A model generated the notes under the pieces. It saw nothing but the letters and a program-made list of their open reading frames with translations. It was not told the origin of the DNA and searched no databases. From contig CAXXFK010000007.1 in assembly GCA_963663965.2 (NCBI GenBank), forward strand, positions 15,564-79,563: a DNA stretch of 64,000 nt, given 5' to 3'. Shown in pieces: positions 10,717 to 21,632 of this stretch. Position numbers and translations under genes: made by a program. How positions within the stretch are numbered: the stretch's first letter is position 1; each line of letters begins with the position of its first letter. This stretch comes from Sedimentisphaerales bacterium (lineage in GTDB: Bacteria > Planctomycetota > Phycisphaerae > Sedimentisphaerales > SM23-30).

Positions 10717-12510
10717 CTAAATTGTATTAAAGCGATAAACGGCTTTCCAGATTCCTCTGACTGAATTGAGCAGGTAGATTTCATCGCCCTCTTTGAGTTC
10801 TTCGATGGTGATGATCCCTTCAGTTAATTCGCCGCGTTGAAGCATGGCCGCGCGCCGGGTGCCGTTGAGCAGGCCGCAGGAGATGGGAGGCGTGATGAGT
10901 TGTCGGTCCCGCCTGATCGCAATATTAGCAATCGTGGATTCGGTGAGTTGGCCGGTATCGTTATAGAGCAGAACATCATTATATCCGGATTTAGTTTGCC
11001 GGGCATTTTCATAAACACGGCGCTGGGTGGTTTTGTGATAAAGAAAAACATCATTGCAATCAATTGGAGATGGCGCCAGAATCACTTGCCATTGGCCGGG
11101 AGGCGGGGTGAGCTTTTCGGGATCGAGTGGTGTATGTTCTAAGGTAATGTCACCATTCTGACCAACCAGTAAACGGATTCCCTGAGGAAGGCCTGACTGA
11201 AATGTTTTGGAAAAAGCGATAAGGCGGGTATGAACCAAATTGCGGTTATATTGCCAGCCAAAATACGCGGCTGAGTTTGCCTGACGATCCAGGTGTTCGT
11301 TCAGCAGCACAAAACCGTCACGGTCGGTCCAGAGCAGGGTTTCGAGTAGCTGGAAAGGCGGCCGGGGACTGGATAGAATCCGGGCTTTGGTCGCACATTC
11401 TTCAAATTCAGCCTGGTCGACCGAGTCCCAGACAATGCCGCCACCAACGCCATATTCCATTTGATTAGAACGATGATCGATCAGGACCGTGCGGATCGCG
11501 ATATTGAACTGGGCGGAACCGCCGGGTGTGATAAATCCAATGCTGCCGGTATAAATTCGTCTGGGCCGGGTTTCCAACTCGGCGATAATTTCCGTCGTGC
11601 GGATTTTAGGGGCGCCGGTTATTGATGCGGGGGGAAACATCGCTTTAAAAATATTTGCCAGCGTTGCCGTAGTGCGACATTCAACGCTGCTGGTCATTTG
11701 CCAGACGGTATGATATTGTTCGATGTCGAACAGTTGGGTTGCGTGTACACTGCCCGGGTGGGCGACATGTGACATGTCGTTTCGAACTACATCGACAATC
11801 ATGGTGTTTTCGGCCCGGTCTTTAAATGATTGACGCAGTTCATGAGCGTGATTTTGGTCTTCTTCGGGCCAGCGCCCTCTGGGGCGGGTGCCTTTCATGG
11901 GGCGAGAGATCAGGTGGTCGCCATTGCGATAAAAAAACAGCTCCGGGGTTGCCGAGCAGATCGTCCAGTCTTTCAACTGGATATACGCGCCATACCGCCC
12001 ACCCTGGCTCTGGTTCATTTGTAAGAACAACTGCCAGGGATCTTGTACGGGTTCGGCCAGCAGTCGAAATGAATAATTGACCTGATAAGTATCACCATAT
12101 TGAATATAGCGTTTGATCCGAAAAATGGTCTCTTGATAATCGGCCTTATTGATAGAAGGAACCCATTGCGGTTCTTTGGATAGATTTTTGGCTGGAGTCA
12201 ACTGAAAAGGTTTTGCCTGGTTATAAAGTCCAAACCATACCAGTGGAAAGCCGTCTGGATCGCGGACCCGGAATGCCGGGTCGAAGCCGGGGGCTGCTTC
12301 ATAGGCGACAAAACCGGCCGCGTAGCGCCCCGTCTGTAATATACGTTCTTCTATGTGACGAATGCTTTCGTAGACGTCATTTTCTGAATGGGTGAAGATC
12401 ACCTCGTGTGGCTGTTCAAATTTGAGCCATTGTTTCGAGCGGGCATCGTGTAAGACGAGGGTGTCTTGATCAAAATACATGGAATCTTCAACTAAGCGGG
12501 AAGAGGTCAT
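10717..12510 (-). CDS. pabB: Aminodeoxychorismate synthase component I fused to an aminodeoxychorismate-lyase-like (class IV aminotransferase fold) domain
   Basis: 597 aa. Chorismate-binding motifs (PMKGTRPRG, SITGAPKIRTTEIIAELE, YTGSIGF, GGGIVWDS). The C-terminal ~200 aa resemble PabC / branched-chain aminotransferase. TAG stop. Confidence 0.8.
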   Translation of the reverse strand: MTSSRLVEDSMYFDQDTLVLHDARSKQWLKFEQPHEVIFTHSENDVYESIRHIEERILQTGRYAAGFVAYEAAPGFDPAFRVRDPDGFPLVWFGLYNQAKPFQLTPAKNLSKEPQWVPSINKADYQETIFRIKRYIQYGDTYQVNYSFRLLAEPVQDPWQLFLQMNQSQGGRYGAYIQLKDWTICSATPELFFYRNGDHLISRPMKGTRPRGRWPEEDQNHAHELRQSFKDRAENTMIVDVVRNDMSHVAHPGSVHATQLFDIEQYHTVWQMTSSVECRTTATLANIFKAMFPPASITGAPKIRTTEIIAELETRPRRIYTGSIGFITPGGSAQFNIAIRTVLIDHRSNQMEYGVGGGIVWDSVDQAEFEECATKARILSSPRPPFQLLETLLWTDRDGFVLLNEHLDRQANSAAYFGWQYNRNLVHTRLIAFSKTFQSGLPQGIRLLVGQNGDITLEHTPLDPEKLTPPPGQWQVILAPSPIDCNDVFLYHKTTQRRVYENARQTKSGYNDVLLYNDTGQLTESTIANIAIRRDRQLITPPISCGLLNGTRRAAMLQRGELTEGIITIEELKEGDEIYLLNSVRGIWKAVYRFNTI

Positions 12511-12516
12511 TTTCGG

Positions 12517-14829
12517 TTATATCCAACGCTTTATCCATGATCGGATACCCTGACCGGCTTTAACCATAGCAACCGGACGGGAGCATCGACGAGCGATCTC
12601 TTCGGGTAACGATTCATGAGAAAAGGGCGCGAATATCGCTTTCTGGGTGGTCCCCAGGACAACCAGATCATGATCCTCTGACATATTCAGGATTGTTGAG
12701 GCCGGATCCTTGTCATAGATAACTTTTATTTTAAAGCGATTACGCGCGATCCCGTGTTTTTCACACAAGTTATCCACAAACCGCCTGGGCGAGAAAGCGC
12801 CTCGTCCAGTATCCACATGTAACACGGTAATCAAATCCGGTTCTGATGATTCACACAGGCGTGCCGCAACCTGTAAGGCTAATCCGCTATTGGGTCCACC
12901 GGCAATGGGCACCAGGATTTTATGATATTGATAGTTTTGCTCGATGCCTTTTAAAACGACAATGTCACAAGGTGATTGTTCAATAATTGGATCGATGGTT
13001 GAACCGACAGTAAATAATGAAGACGTGGGTTTGCCATGCCAGCCCAGTACCAGTAACCGGGTTTTCTTTTCACGGATCGCCGAGACAATCCCGCGTGCGA
13101 TTCCGCGGCAGTAGCGGATAGTGGCGCTAACGGAAACGGGGGCTTCAGCAAGACATTGCTGGGCAATAGAGATGGCATCTTTGCCATCACGGATATAGGG
13201 TTGTGCATCATGTAAGGCGACTTGATCCGGAACGATTGCCATGTGTATTAATTCAAAGTGAGCATCACGTTCCGGGCCAAGGCGACAGGCGCAGTTGACC
13301 AGACTGGCGGCGCGGTCTGGATTGGCCAGGGCCACCATGATGGGGTATTTGTTTTCGCTCGGACGCGGGTGGGCGTCTTCTTCGATAATAAGAATGTCTT
13401 CTTCGGTTCGTGCAGCACGCGAGCGCGAATAGATAAAAAAGATAATGGTACCGGACAAGACCCAGATCGGCGCGATAATCCAGGCGATCAGGCTCATATG
13501 AATCAGCCATGCCGCGAGCAATATCTGAAAAATGATTGCCAGAATGGGGAATAAAGGGAACAGGGGCATTAAAAAGCCATAGGTGAGTTCATCGGCCATG
13601 GCGCGACGAATTTTGATCACACACAGATTCGCCAGAAAAAAGAGAAACAGGAACATGATACTGGCACTGGAGGCCACATCTTCTGTTGGTAGCAGGGTAA
13701 CGGTAATCAGAACGATTGCAGCGGTGCAGAGCAGGGCGCCATAAGGGGTTTTTCGCCGTGAATGGATTCGAGAAAACAGGCTGGGCAACATTTTGTCTCG
13801 GCCCAGGGCATAAGAAGCCCGGGTTGCTGAGTAGATGGTTGCGTTCAGGGCCGAAGTGGAGGAAAAAATCACAGCCAGGGTTAATATCAGATTACCAAAC
13901 GGCATGAGTTTGCTGATGGCTTCTCCGAATCCCTTTTCCTTAAAACCGCCGATCCATTCGTGCACTTGCTGATTTCCAACATCGGGATGGTCCGGACTTA
14001 CTGAAACAACCGTTGCGAAAGCGACGAGAATATAAATAATGGTAACAATTACAACGGAGAGTAACATGGCCTTGGGCAAATTACGGCGAGGATCAATGGT
14101 TTCATCGCCGGCCTGGGCGATGACTTCATATCCTTCAAAAGCGACATAAGTGAAGCCCATCGTCATCAGTAGCCGGGTCCAGCCATGGGGCAAAAATGGA
14201 TCGAAATTTTGAAGTCGGACAGGATCTTTAATTGCGGTCCATAAGCCCACCAGGCCAATACAAACAACAAAAATAGTCTGACCAACCGTGATGATTGCTC
14301 CAATTTTTCCGGTCTCTGAGGCGCCACGATAATTAATATATATAAAGAGTAAGGCGGTTGCCACTGCCAGGATCACTTCAGCCCGTTCCAGGGATATCGG
14401 CATCCAGTCGAGCCAGTGGAGGGTATCGAAAAACCGCAACGTGTAAATGGAGAAAACCAGCGCATACATGGCCCCGGCAGTGCTGGACGCGAACCACTCC
14501 ATCCAGCCGGCCAGAAAGCTGGCGGGTTTGCCAAATCCGATCCGGGCAAAATTATATACCCCCCCCGCCCTAGGAATGGCGGAACTTAACTCGGCGAATG
14601 ACATGGCGGTGAAAATTGCCAGGAGGCCATTAAATGTGAAGGTGAGAACAACGCCTCCCGGCCCGGCCTTGTCAATAGAGATACCCATACCAATAAAAAC
14701 ACCGGCGCCAATCATCATTCCCAGGCCCATCATGGTAACATGAAACAGGGTAAGTTCGCGCGAAAATTCTCCATGGGGTTCTGACGAAAAGAATTGATTC
14801 CCGGAGTGTTTGGGCTGTTTATTTGTCAC
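12517..14829 (-). CDS. APC-family amino-acid permease fused to two C-terminal universal stress protein (Usp) domains
   Basis: 770 aa. About 12 TM helices with the GMMIGAGVF motif. Two Usp-like alpha/beta units follow (ILVPIAGGPNS..., LVVLGT...). The stop lies 6 nt from the pabB start. Confidence 0.8.
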   Translation of the reverse strand: MTNKQPKHSGNQFFSSEPHGEFSRELTLFHVTMMGLGMMIGAGVFIGMGISIDKAGPGGVVLTFTFNGLLAIFTAMSFAELSSAIPRAGGVYNFARIGFGKPASFLAGWMEWFASSTAGAMYALVFSIYTLRFFDTLHWLDWMPISLERAEVILAVATALLFIYINYRGASETGKIGAIITVGQTIFVVCIGLVGLWTAIKDPVRLQNFDPFLPHGWTRLLMTMGFTYVAFEGYEVIAQAGDETIDPRRNLPKAMLLSVVIVTIIYILVAFATVVSVSPDHPDVGNQQVHEWIGGFKEKGFGEAISKLMPFGNLILTLAVIFSSTSALNATIYSATRASYALGRDKMLPSLFSRIHSRRKTPYGALLCTAAIVLITVTLLPTEDVASSASIMFLFLFFLANLCVIKIRRAMADELTYGFLMPLFPLFPILAIIFQILLAAWLIHMSLIAWIIAPIWVLSGTIIFFIYSRSRAARTEEDILIIEEDAHPRPSENKYPIMVALANPDRAASLVNCACRLGPERDAHFELIHMAIVPDQVALHDAQPYIRDGKDAISIAQQCLAEAPVSVSATIRYCRGIARGIVSAIREKKTRLLVLGWHGKPTSSLFTVGSTIDPIIEQSPCDIVVLKGIEQNYQYHKILVPIAGGPNSGLALQVAARLCESSEPDLITVLHVDTGRGAFSPRRFVDNLCEKHGIARNRFKIKVIYDKDPASTILNMSEDHDLVVLGTTQKAIFAPFSHESLPEEIARRCSRPVAMVKAGQGIRSWIKRWI

Positions 14830-15121
14830 CGCTGAGGTCCTTCAATGTTTCGCGGGCGGTTCCAAAGCCATTGCGGGCAATTCGCTCAATCCTCAAAAAC
14901 GAGATGATCGCCAACGCGCTCATTAAAATTACTGAACACAAGCCGGCCACAATACCGATTATCATATTTTTGTCCATAAGCCGGTATTATATCAAAATTC
15001 ACCCATGAAAACAATATTTGCTCCCGGCCCAATTTGAGAACCCGGTTTTAATCATTATATTTGATTAAGTGATTATGGTTTAGTGTTTTATAATAGCCAT
15101 TGGGTTCACGGCTATTTAGAA

Positions 15122-15150
15122 GTAATCGATAAAAAATCCCGTCACAGCTT
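15122..15150 (-). terminator. Possible terminator after gyrA (weak stem)
   Basis: On the minus strand, CCCGAAAC...GTGACGGG (6 of 8 positions pair) is followed by ATTTTTTAT. Confidence 0.35.
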
Positions 15151-15200
15151 GTGTTTCGGGCGGTTTCGTTTATTTTTATTGTGGTTATAAATAACGGCGA

Positions 15201-17774
<2,574 letters not shown>

Positions 17775-18076
17775 AGTATGTTAACCTCAAATTCCGTATC
17801 TGGCGATCTAATCTTGCCGATCGCGGAGGAGATGCTGGTCCATAGCGGTCCAGTATTTTTCTAATTTAGTCCCATATTTTAACCCGGAAATCTACCCTTT
17901 ACAATCCTTATTTTTATCATTTTAGTGCTGTTTTTATAACAGGTTAGAATAATCTCTCACTATTGTTATCCTGGTGTTGCAAGGGGGATAATGAATGATA
18001 AACAATCAAATGTTATTTGCACCGATGGCGCAGTCTGTCCTTTTTTGGCCTCTTAGAGAGAAATGATTCATCGGCA

Positions 18077-18976
18077 TCAATTTTCATTAAATCCGGTAAT
18101 TGTGACGTCAAGGTCATTCAGAACGCACTTGAATCTGGTGCAATTCAAGGAAACATCGCCGATTCTGGGCGGGCCGTTGATTTCTTCGTGGCGACTGATG
18201 CCCTTTAACAAATATTGGGAACAACCATATTTTTTGATGACATATTGACCGATTTCATAGAGCTGCCAAGACTGATTCCCGCCGAAATGAAAAAGACCGC
18301 GGATATTCTGGTTAATGACCGCCAGGATCATTTCTTCAATCTGTTCACACCATAAACAGCTACGCAGTTCATCGTAAAACAAAGTAACTGGCCGGCCCTT
18401 GAGCAAGCGCCCTTTGACCCAGTCAATTGCGCCGGCTGTGCCGGTAACCGATTCACCCAGCGGTAAACCTAATCGTATGATGCAACTGTTTTCATAGTTT
18501 AAAAGAGCCGTTTCAGCCTGGGCGAAGGTCTTGCCCGCGACACTAACTGGATCTGGCGGATGATCTTCCGCATAGCCCTGTTCGGGCGGATTCTGGCCGG
18601 AAAAGACCAGATCGGTACTCAGATAAATAATCGGGCAGAGTCTGCCAAACACATCTGTAATAGTTTGCATACCGTTCACGTTAATATCGTGGGCCCAGTT
18701 GGGTCTTTCTTCGCAGAGATCCAGGTCGCATATTCCGGCGCAGTGAACAACCAATGTCGGCTGAAATGAATCGCGGATTTTGACCAGGTGTTTATGATTG
18801 GTAATACACATTGAGGTGACATTGGGACCGATCGTTACTTTGGTTTTGGGGGGACAGATCCCCATGAGATTCCGGCTATCCATAATGCCAACAAGCGCTT
18901 TCCATACCGGCCAGCCATGGATCGAGGTTATACCGGTAATCAGAATACGATGGGGGTTGGTATTTGAGGAAATCAT
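18077..18976 (-). CDS. RmlD-like (dTDP-4-dehydrorhamnose reductase family) SDR-fold protein with degenerate catalytic motifs
   Basis: 299 aa. PVSVAGKTFAQAETAL aligns with the RmlD segment PLNVYGKTKLAGEKAL. Rossmann start ILITGITSIHG. Confidence 0.6.
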   Translation of the reverse strand: MISSNTNPHRILITGITSIHGWPVWKALVGIMDSRNLMGICPPKTKVTIGPNVTSMCITNHKHLVKIRDSFQPTLVVHCAGICDLDLCEERPNWAHDINVNGMQTITDVFGRLCPIIYLSTDLVFSGQNPPEQGYAEDHPPDPVSVAGKTFAQAETALLNYENSCIIRLGLPLGESVTGTAGAIDWVKGRLLKGRPVTLFYDELRSCLWCEQIEEMILAVINQNIRGLFHFGGNQSWQLYEIGQYVIKKYGCSQYLLKGISRHEEINGPPRIGDVSLNCTRFKCVLNDLDVTITGFNEN

Positions 18977-18989
18977 GGAGGCCGCCGTT

Positions 18990-19610
18990 TTATTTTATGC
19001 AACGATACACAAATGCCGGAGGAAAATTGCGCCAGACGATTGGGGAACGGCCAAAACCAGCAAAATGGGCTTTTAATTTTCGATAGAATTTCTGGCCGGC
19101 CGGTAATAAGAGGCCTTGTAAATAGGCAAAGGTCATAAATTGGCCACCAGGTTTTAAATTATCAAGGATAGCGCCTAACAGTTCATCCTGAAGATCGTCG
19201 CCAAAAGAAGCCCATGGCAGTCCGCAAATAATGGCATCGGCTTTATTGGATTGATGCCGGGCCAGATAATCGGCCAACCGGGTCGCGTTGTCCTGATACA
19301 GGATTAATTGTGGCAAATGAGCCCGCAAATGATCAGCCATGACCGGATTGGCTTCGATCGCAAAAAAAATTGTCTGGGGACTTATCCGGCTTAATACGGT
19401 TTCGGAAAAGACCCCCGTTCCCGGCCCGAATTCAACGATGGTATCAATATTTTTAAAGTCGATCGTTTCGACCATGCGGCGGGCCAGGAATTCTGAACTC
19501 GGCACTATGGCTCCGATCTGGCCGGGATGGCGAATAAACTGGGTTATAAATGTTAAGGCGGTTTTCATCTTTACGATTATATCGTCCCTGGGCGTCGGGG
19601 CCAAACTCAT
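18990..19610 (-). CDS. Class I SAM-dependent methyltransferase (phospholipid N-methyltransferase / rRNA adenine dimethylase-like)
   Basis: 206 aa. Motif I VEFGPGTGVFSE. LKPGGQF. Overall resemblance to the COG3963 type. Confidence 0.65.
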   Translation of the reverse strand: MSLAPTPRDDIIVKMKTALTFITQFIRHPGQIGAIVPSSEFLARRMVETIDFKNIDTIVEFGPGTGVFSETVLSRISPQTIFFAIEANPVMADHLRAHLPQLILYQDNATRLADYLARHQSNKADAIICGLPWASFGDDLQDELLGAILDNLKPGGQFMTFAYLQGLLLPAGQKFYRKLKAHFAGFGRSPIVWRNFPPAFVYRCIK

Positions 19611-19826
19611 TCTGGCGCGATTTGTCGTCCGATAAAATAAAGTTCGATTACAACTGCTATTTCTTAGCTATCTTCCGGTAAGAAAGTTGTCTATACTCAT
19701 TTTTAAGCGCGGATTCTATTGAATGTCCCCCCATAAAGTTAGTATTATGGAATCAAGTATCAGAGCCGCAATAAACGATTCTGAAGTTATTTTCAGGCCC
19801 CTGCCTCATTACACCAAGGAGAAAAT

Positions 19827-20456
19827 ATGAAGAAAACCATCCTGACTTTATTGATTTTGTGTACCGGCTCATTAACAGCCATGGCCAACACAACGATGTT
19901 TTTTGATGATTTCAATCAGGAAAGCATTGGTTTGAAATACAACAGTTTTTCCAATTGGAATGTCGTACCCAATGAAGGGACCGTTGATGTCATCGGTGTC
20001 GGTTCCGGCTGGAATTATTTCCCGGATTATGGCCGCTATGTCGATATGGACGGTTCCTCCGGTGACGCTGGAATTATTGAAACCAAAGCCCAGTTTAATC
20101 TGGTTGCCGGTGTCACATATCAGCTTTCATTTGACCTGGCCGGTAATCAGCGCGGATCTCAACAGGATGCCGTTACGGTACAGGTGAACATGGGCGATAT
20201 ATTAAATAGTAATATCTCGCTTGCGTATAACGCGCCTTTCCAGAATTTTGTTGAAACATTCAGTGTTGCCGACAATACCTCGGCAACCATCAGTTTCGCC
20301 GGATTTGGCGGTGACAATGTCGGAATGCTTCTGGACAATGTTAAGCTGGAAGCCGTCAATTGCCCTGCCCCGGCGGCAGTACCTGCCCCGGGTGCGATTC
20401 TGCTGGGATCGCTGGGCAGCGCACTGGCTGGAATGATTCGCAAACGCATTGCCTGA
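19827..20456 (+). CDS. Secreted protein with a C-terminal PEP-CTERM-like sorting signal
   Basis: AAGGAG SD. Signal peptide MKKTILTLLILCTGSLTAMA. C-terminus VPAPGAILLGSLGSALAGMIRKRIA combines a Pro-rich motif, a TM helix and a basic tail. Confidence 0.65.
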   Translation: MKKTILTLLILCTGSLTAMANTTMFFDDFNQESIGLKYNSFSNWNVVPNEGTVDVIGVGSGWNYFPDYGRYVDMDGSSGDAGIIETKAQFNLVAGVTYQLSFDLAGNQRGSQQDAVTVQVNMGDILNSNISLAYNAPFQNFVETFSVADNTSATISFAGFGGDNVGMLLDNVKLEAVNCPAPAAVPAPGAILLGSLGSALAGMIRKRIA

Positions 20457-20478
20457 AACAAGTAAAACAGAAATTAAG

Positions 20479-20516
20479 CAGGGCGCTTCTGATATCCAGA
20501 AAGCGCCCTGTTTTTT
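20479..20516. terminator. Bidirectional rho-independent terminator between convergent genes
   Basis: Perfect 10-bp stem CAGGGCGCTT/AAGCGCCCTG, 12-nt loop, TTTTTT downstream. The upstream flank is A-rich, so it could serve the minus strand too. Confidence 0.85.
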
Positions 20517-20540
20517 CTAATGGTTTATTTTTCTGGCGAA

Positions 20541-21605
20541 TCAGGTGTTTGCCGAAGCGATGACGCCGCCTTGAGGTAACACTTTCAGAGCCCGAATAAC
20601 ATTGCTGGCAGTGTCAAGCATATAAAGGGTATCGCCGGCGCTGTTAATAGCGATTGTTACCCGGACACAGCCACCCTTCATCGTCAGGTTGCCAAACGCG
20701 CGCTTCAGGTTCCCATCGGTTGAAAAAATCTTCACGCGCCGCAACGCGGATTCCGAGGCGTACAGATTGCCCTGGTTATCAAAACAGACATTTTTGGGTT
20801 CACAACAACCGGAAAACCCTTCCAGCTCATCCCCTTTTTTGCCGAAACGGGCCACTTCATTGCCGTCACGGTCATATTTTACCACGGCAAATTCACAGTT
20901 GGCTGCTCGATAGAGGAAGTCATCGTGACAGGTGATGTCCTGCTGGCTGCAACATCCGCGCAAGCCATCCAGTATCTGTTTCTGGTTGTCAAAGCTATAA
21001 TCCATTCGATAAACACTGAAACTGGTTTTATCGCGCAATACCACAAAGATATCCTTATCGGTATGTCCCAGGCTGGTTGTGAGTTTGCCGGGGATTTCTC
21101 CAGACGCAATGGTGGCGCCGGCCAGATCCATTAGCGCAATCTGCCCCGGCCCGGCTACGACAAAACGGTCCGCCCCAACCATCTCGACCGCTTGTGGAGA
21201 GAAATCCAGCGCCCATTTTGACTTTAGTTTATCGTTGCTGTCTACATGCCTTACACAGTTGCCCCGCTCGTCACAGACCAGCAGATTGTCTTTGCCATCG
21301 ATGCAAAAGTTGGATATCCGCTGAGAACGAGTGTCGTCGCCCAGGCCAATAACACCGGCCAGATCGAAACCGGATTCCGTATCGACATGATAGTCTTTTG
21401 CCACCGCCTGGGGCAATTCCTGAGAAGCGGCTTCCTGGTCAACCGAGGCGTTTTGCTGTTCAATATCGCATTCAATCGGCTGTTCTTCTCCCGCGCCATT
21501 CGAAACGGAAACCGTTGGCTCCTGTTTCTCACAACCGGGAAGACATAATATCCCAAGTCCGAGCAATCCAGCCGCCATCAGGTTAATATACGTTTTCATA
21601 GCCAT
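20541..21605 (-). CDS. NHL-repeat-like beta-propeller lipoprotein
   Basis: Lipobox LPGC after the signal peptide. Repeated NHL-like segments (N..V.D..GN..V.D). Confidence 0.55.
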   Translation of the reverse strand: MAMKTYINLMAAGLLGLGILCLPGCEKQEPTVSVSNGAGEEQPIECDIEQQNASVDQEAASQELPQAVAKDYHVDTESGFDLAGVIGLGDDTRSQRISNFCIDGKDNLLVCDERGNCVRHVDSNDKLKSKWALDFSPQAVEMVGADRFVVAGPGQIALMDLAGATIASGEIPGKLTTSLGHTDKDIFVVLRDKTSFSVYRMDYSFDNQKQILDGLRGCCSQQDITCHDDFLYRAANCEFAVVKYDRDGNEVARFGKKGDELEGFSGCCEPKNVCFDNQGNLYASESALRRVKIFSTDGNLKRAFGNLTMKGGCVRVTIAINSAGDTLYMLDTASNVIRALKVLPQGGVIASANT

Positions 21606-21632
21606 TCTCCATAGATAAAGTTGTGATAGATT

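Noticed and set aside
14819-15008. A possible small gene between the permease and gyrA: the plus-strand ORF 14823-15008, and a minus-strand ORF from ATG 14976 that I first read as ~52 aa.
   Set aside because: Careful re-translation of the minus-strand ORF hits TAA after 15 codons. The plus-strand ORF overlaps the permease start, has no SD and has no recognisable features.
17993-18058. A 21-codon Cys-containing ORF (MNDKQSNVICTDGAVCPFLAS) with AGGGGG upstream, in the gyrA upstream region.
   Set aside because: The SD spacing is only 3 nt. The ORF is antisense to the direction of both flanking genes. It has no other support.
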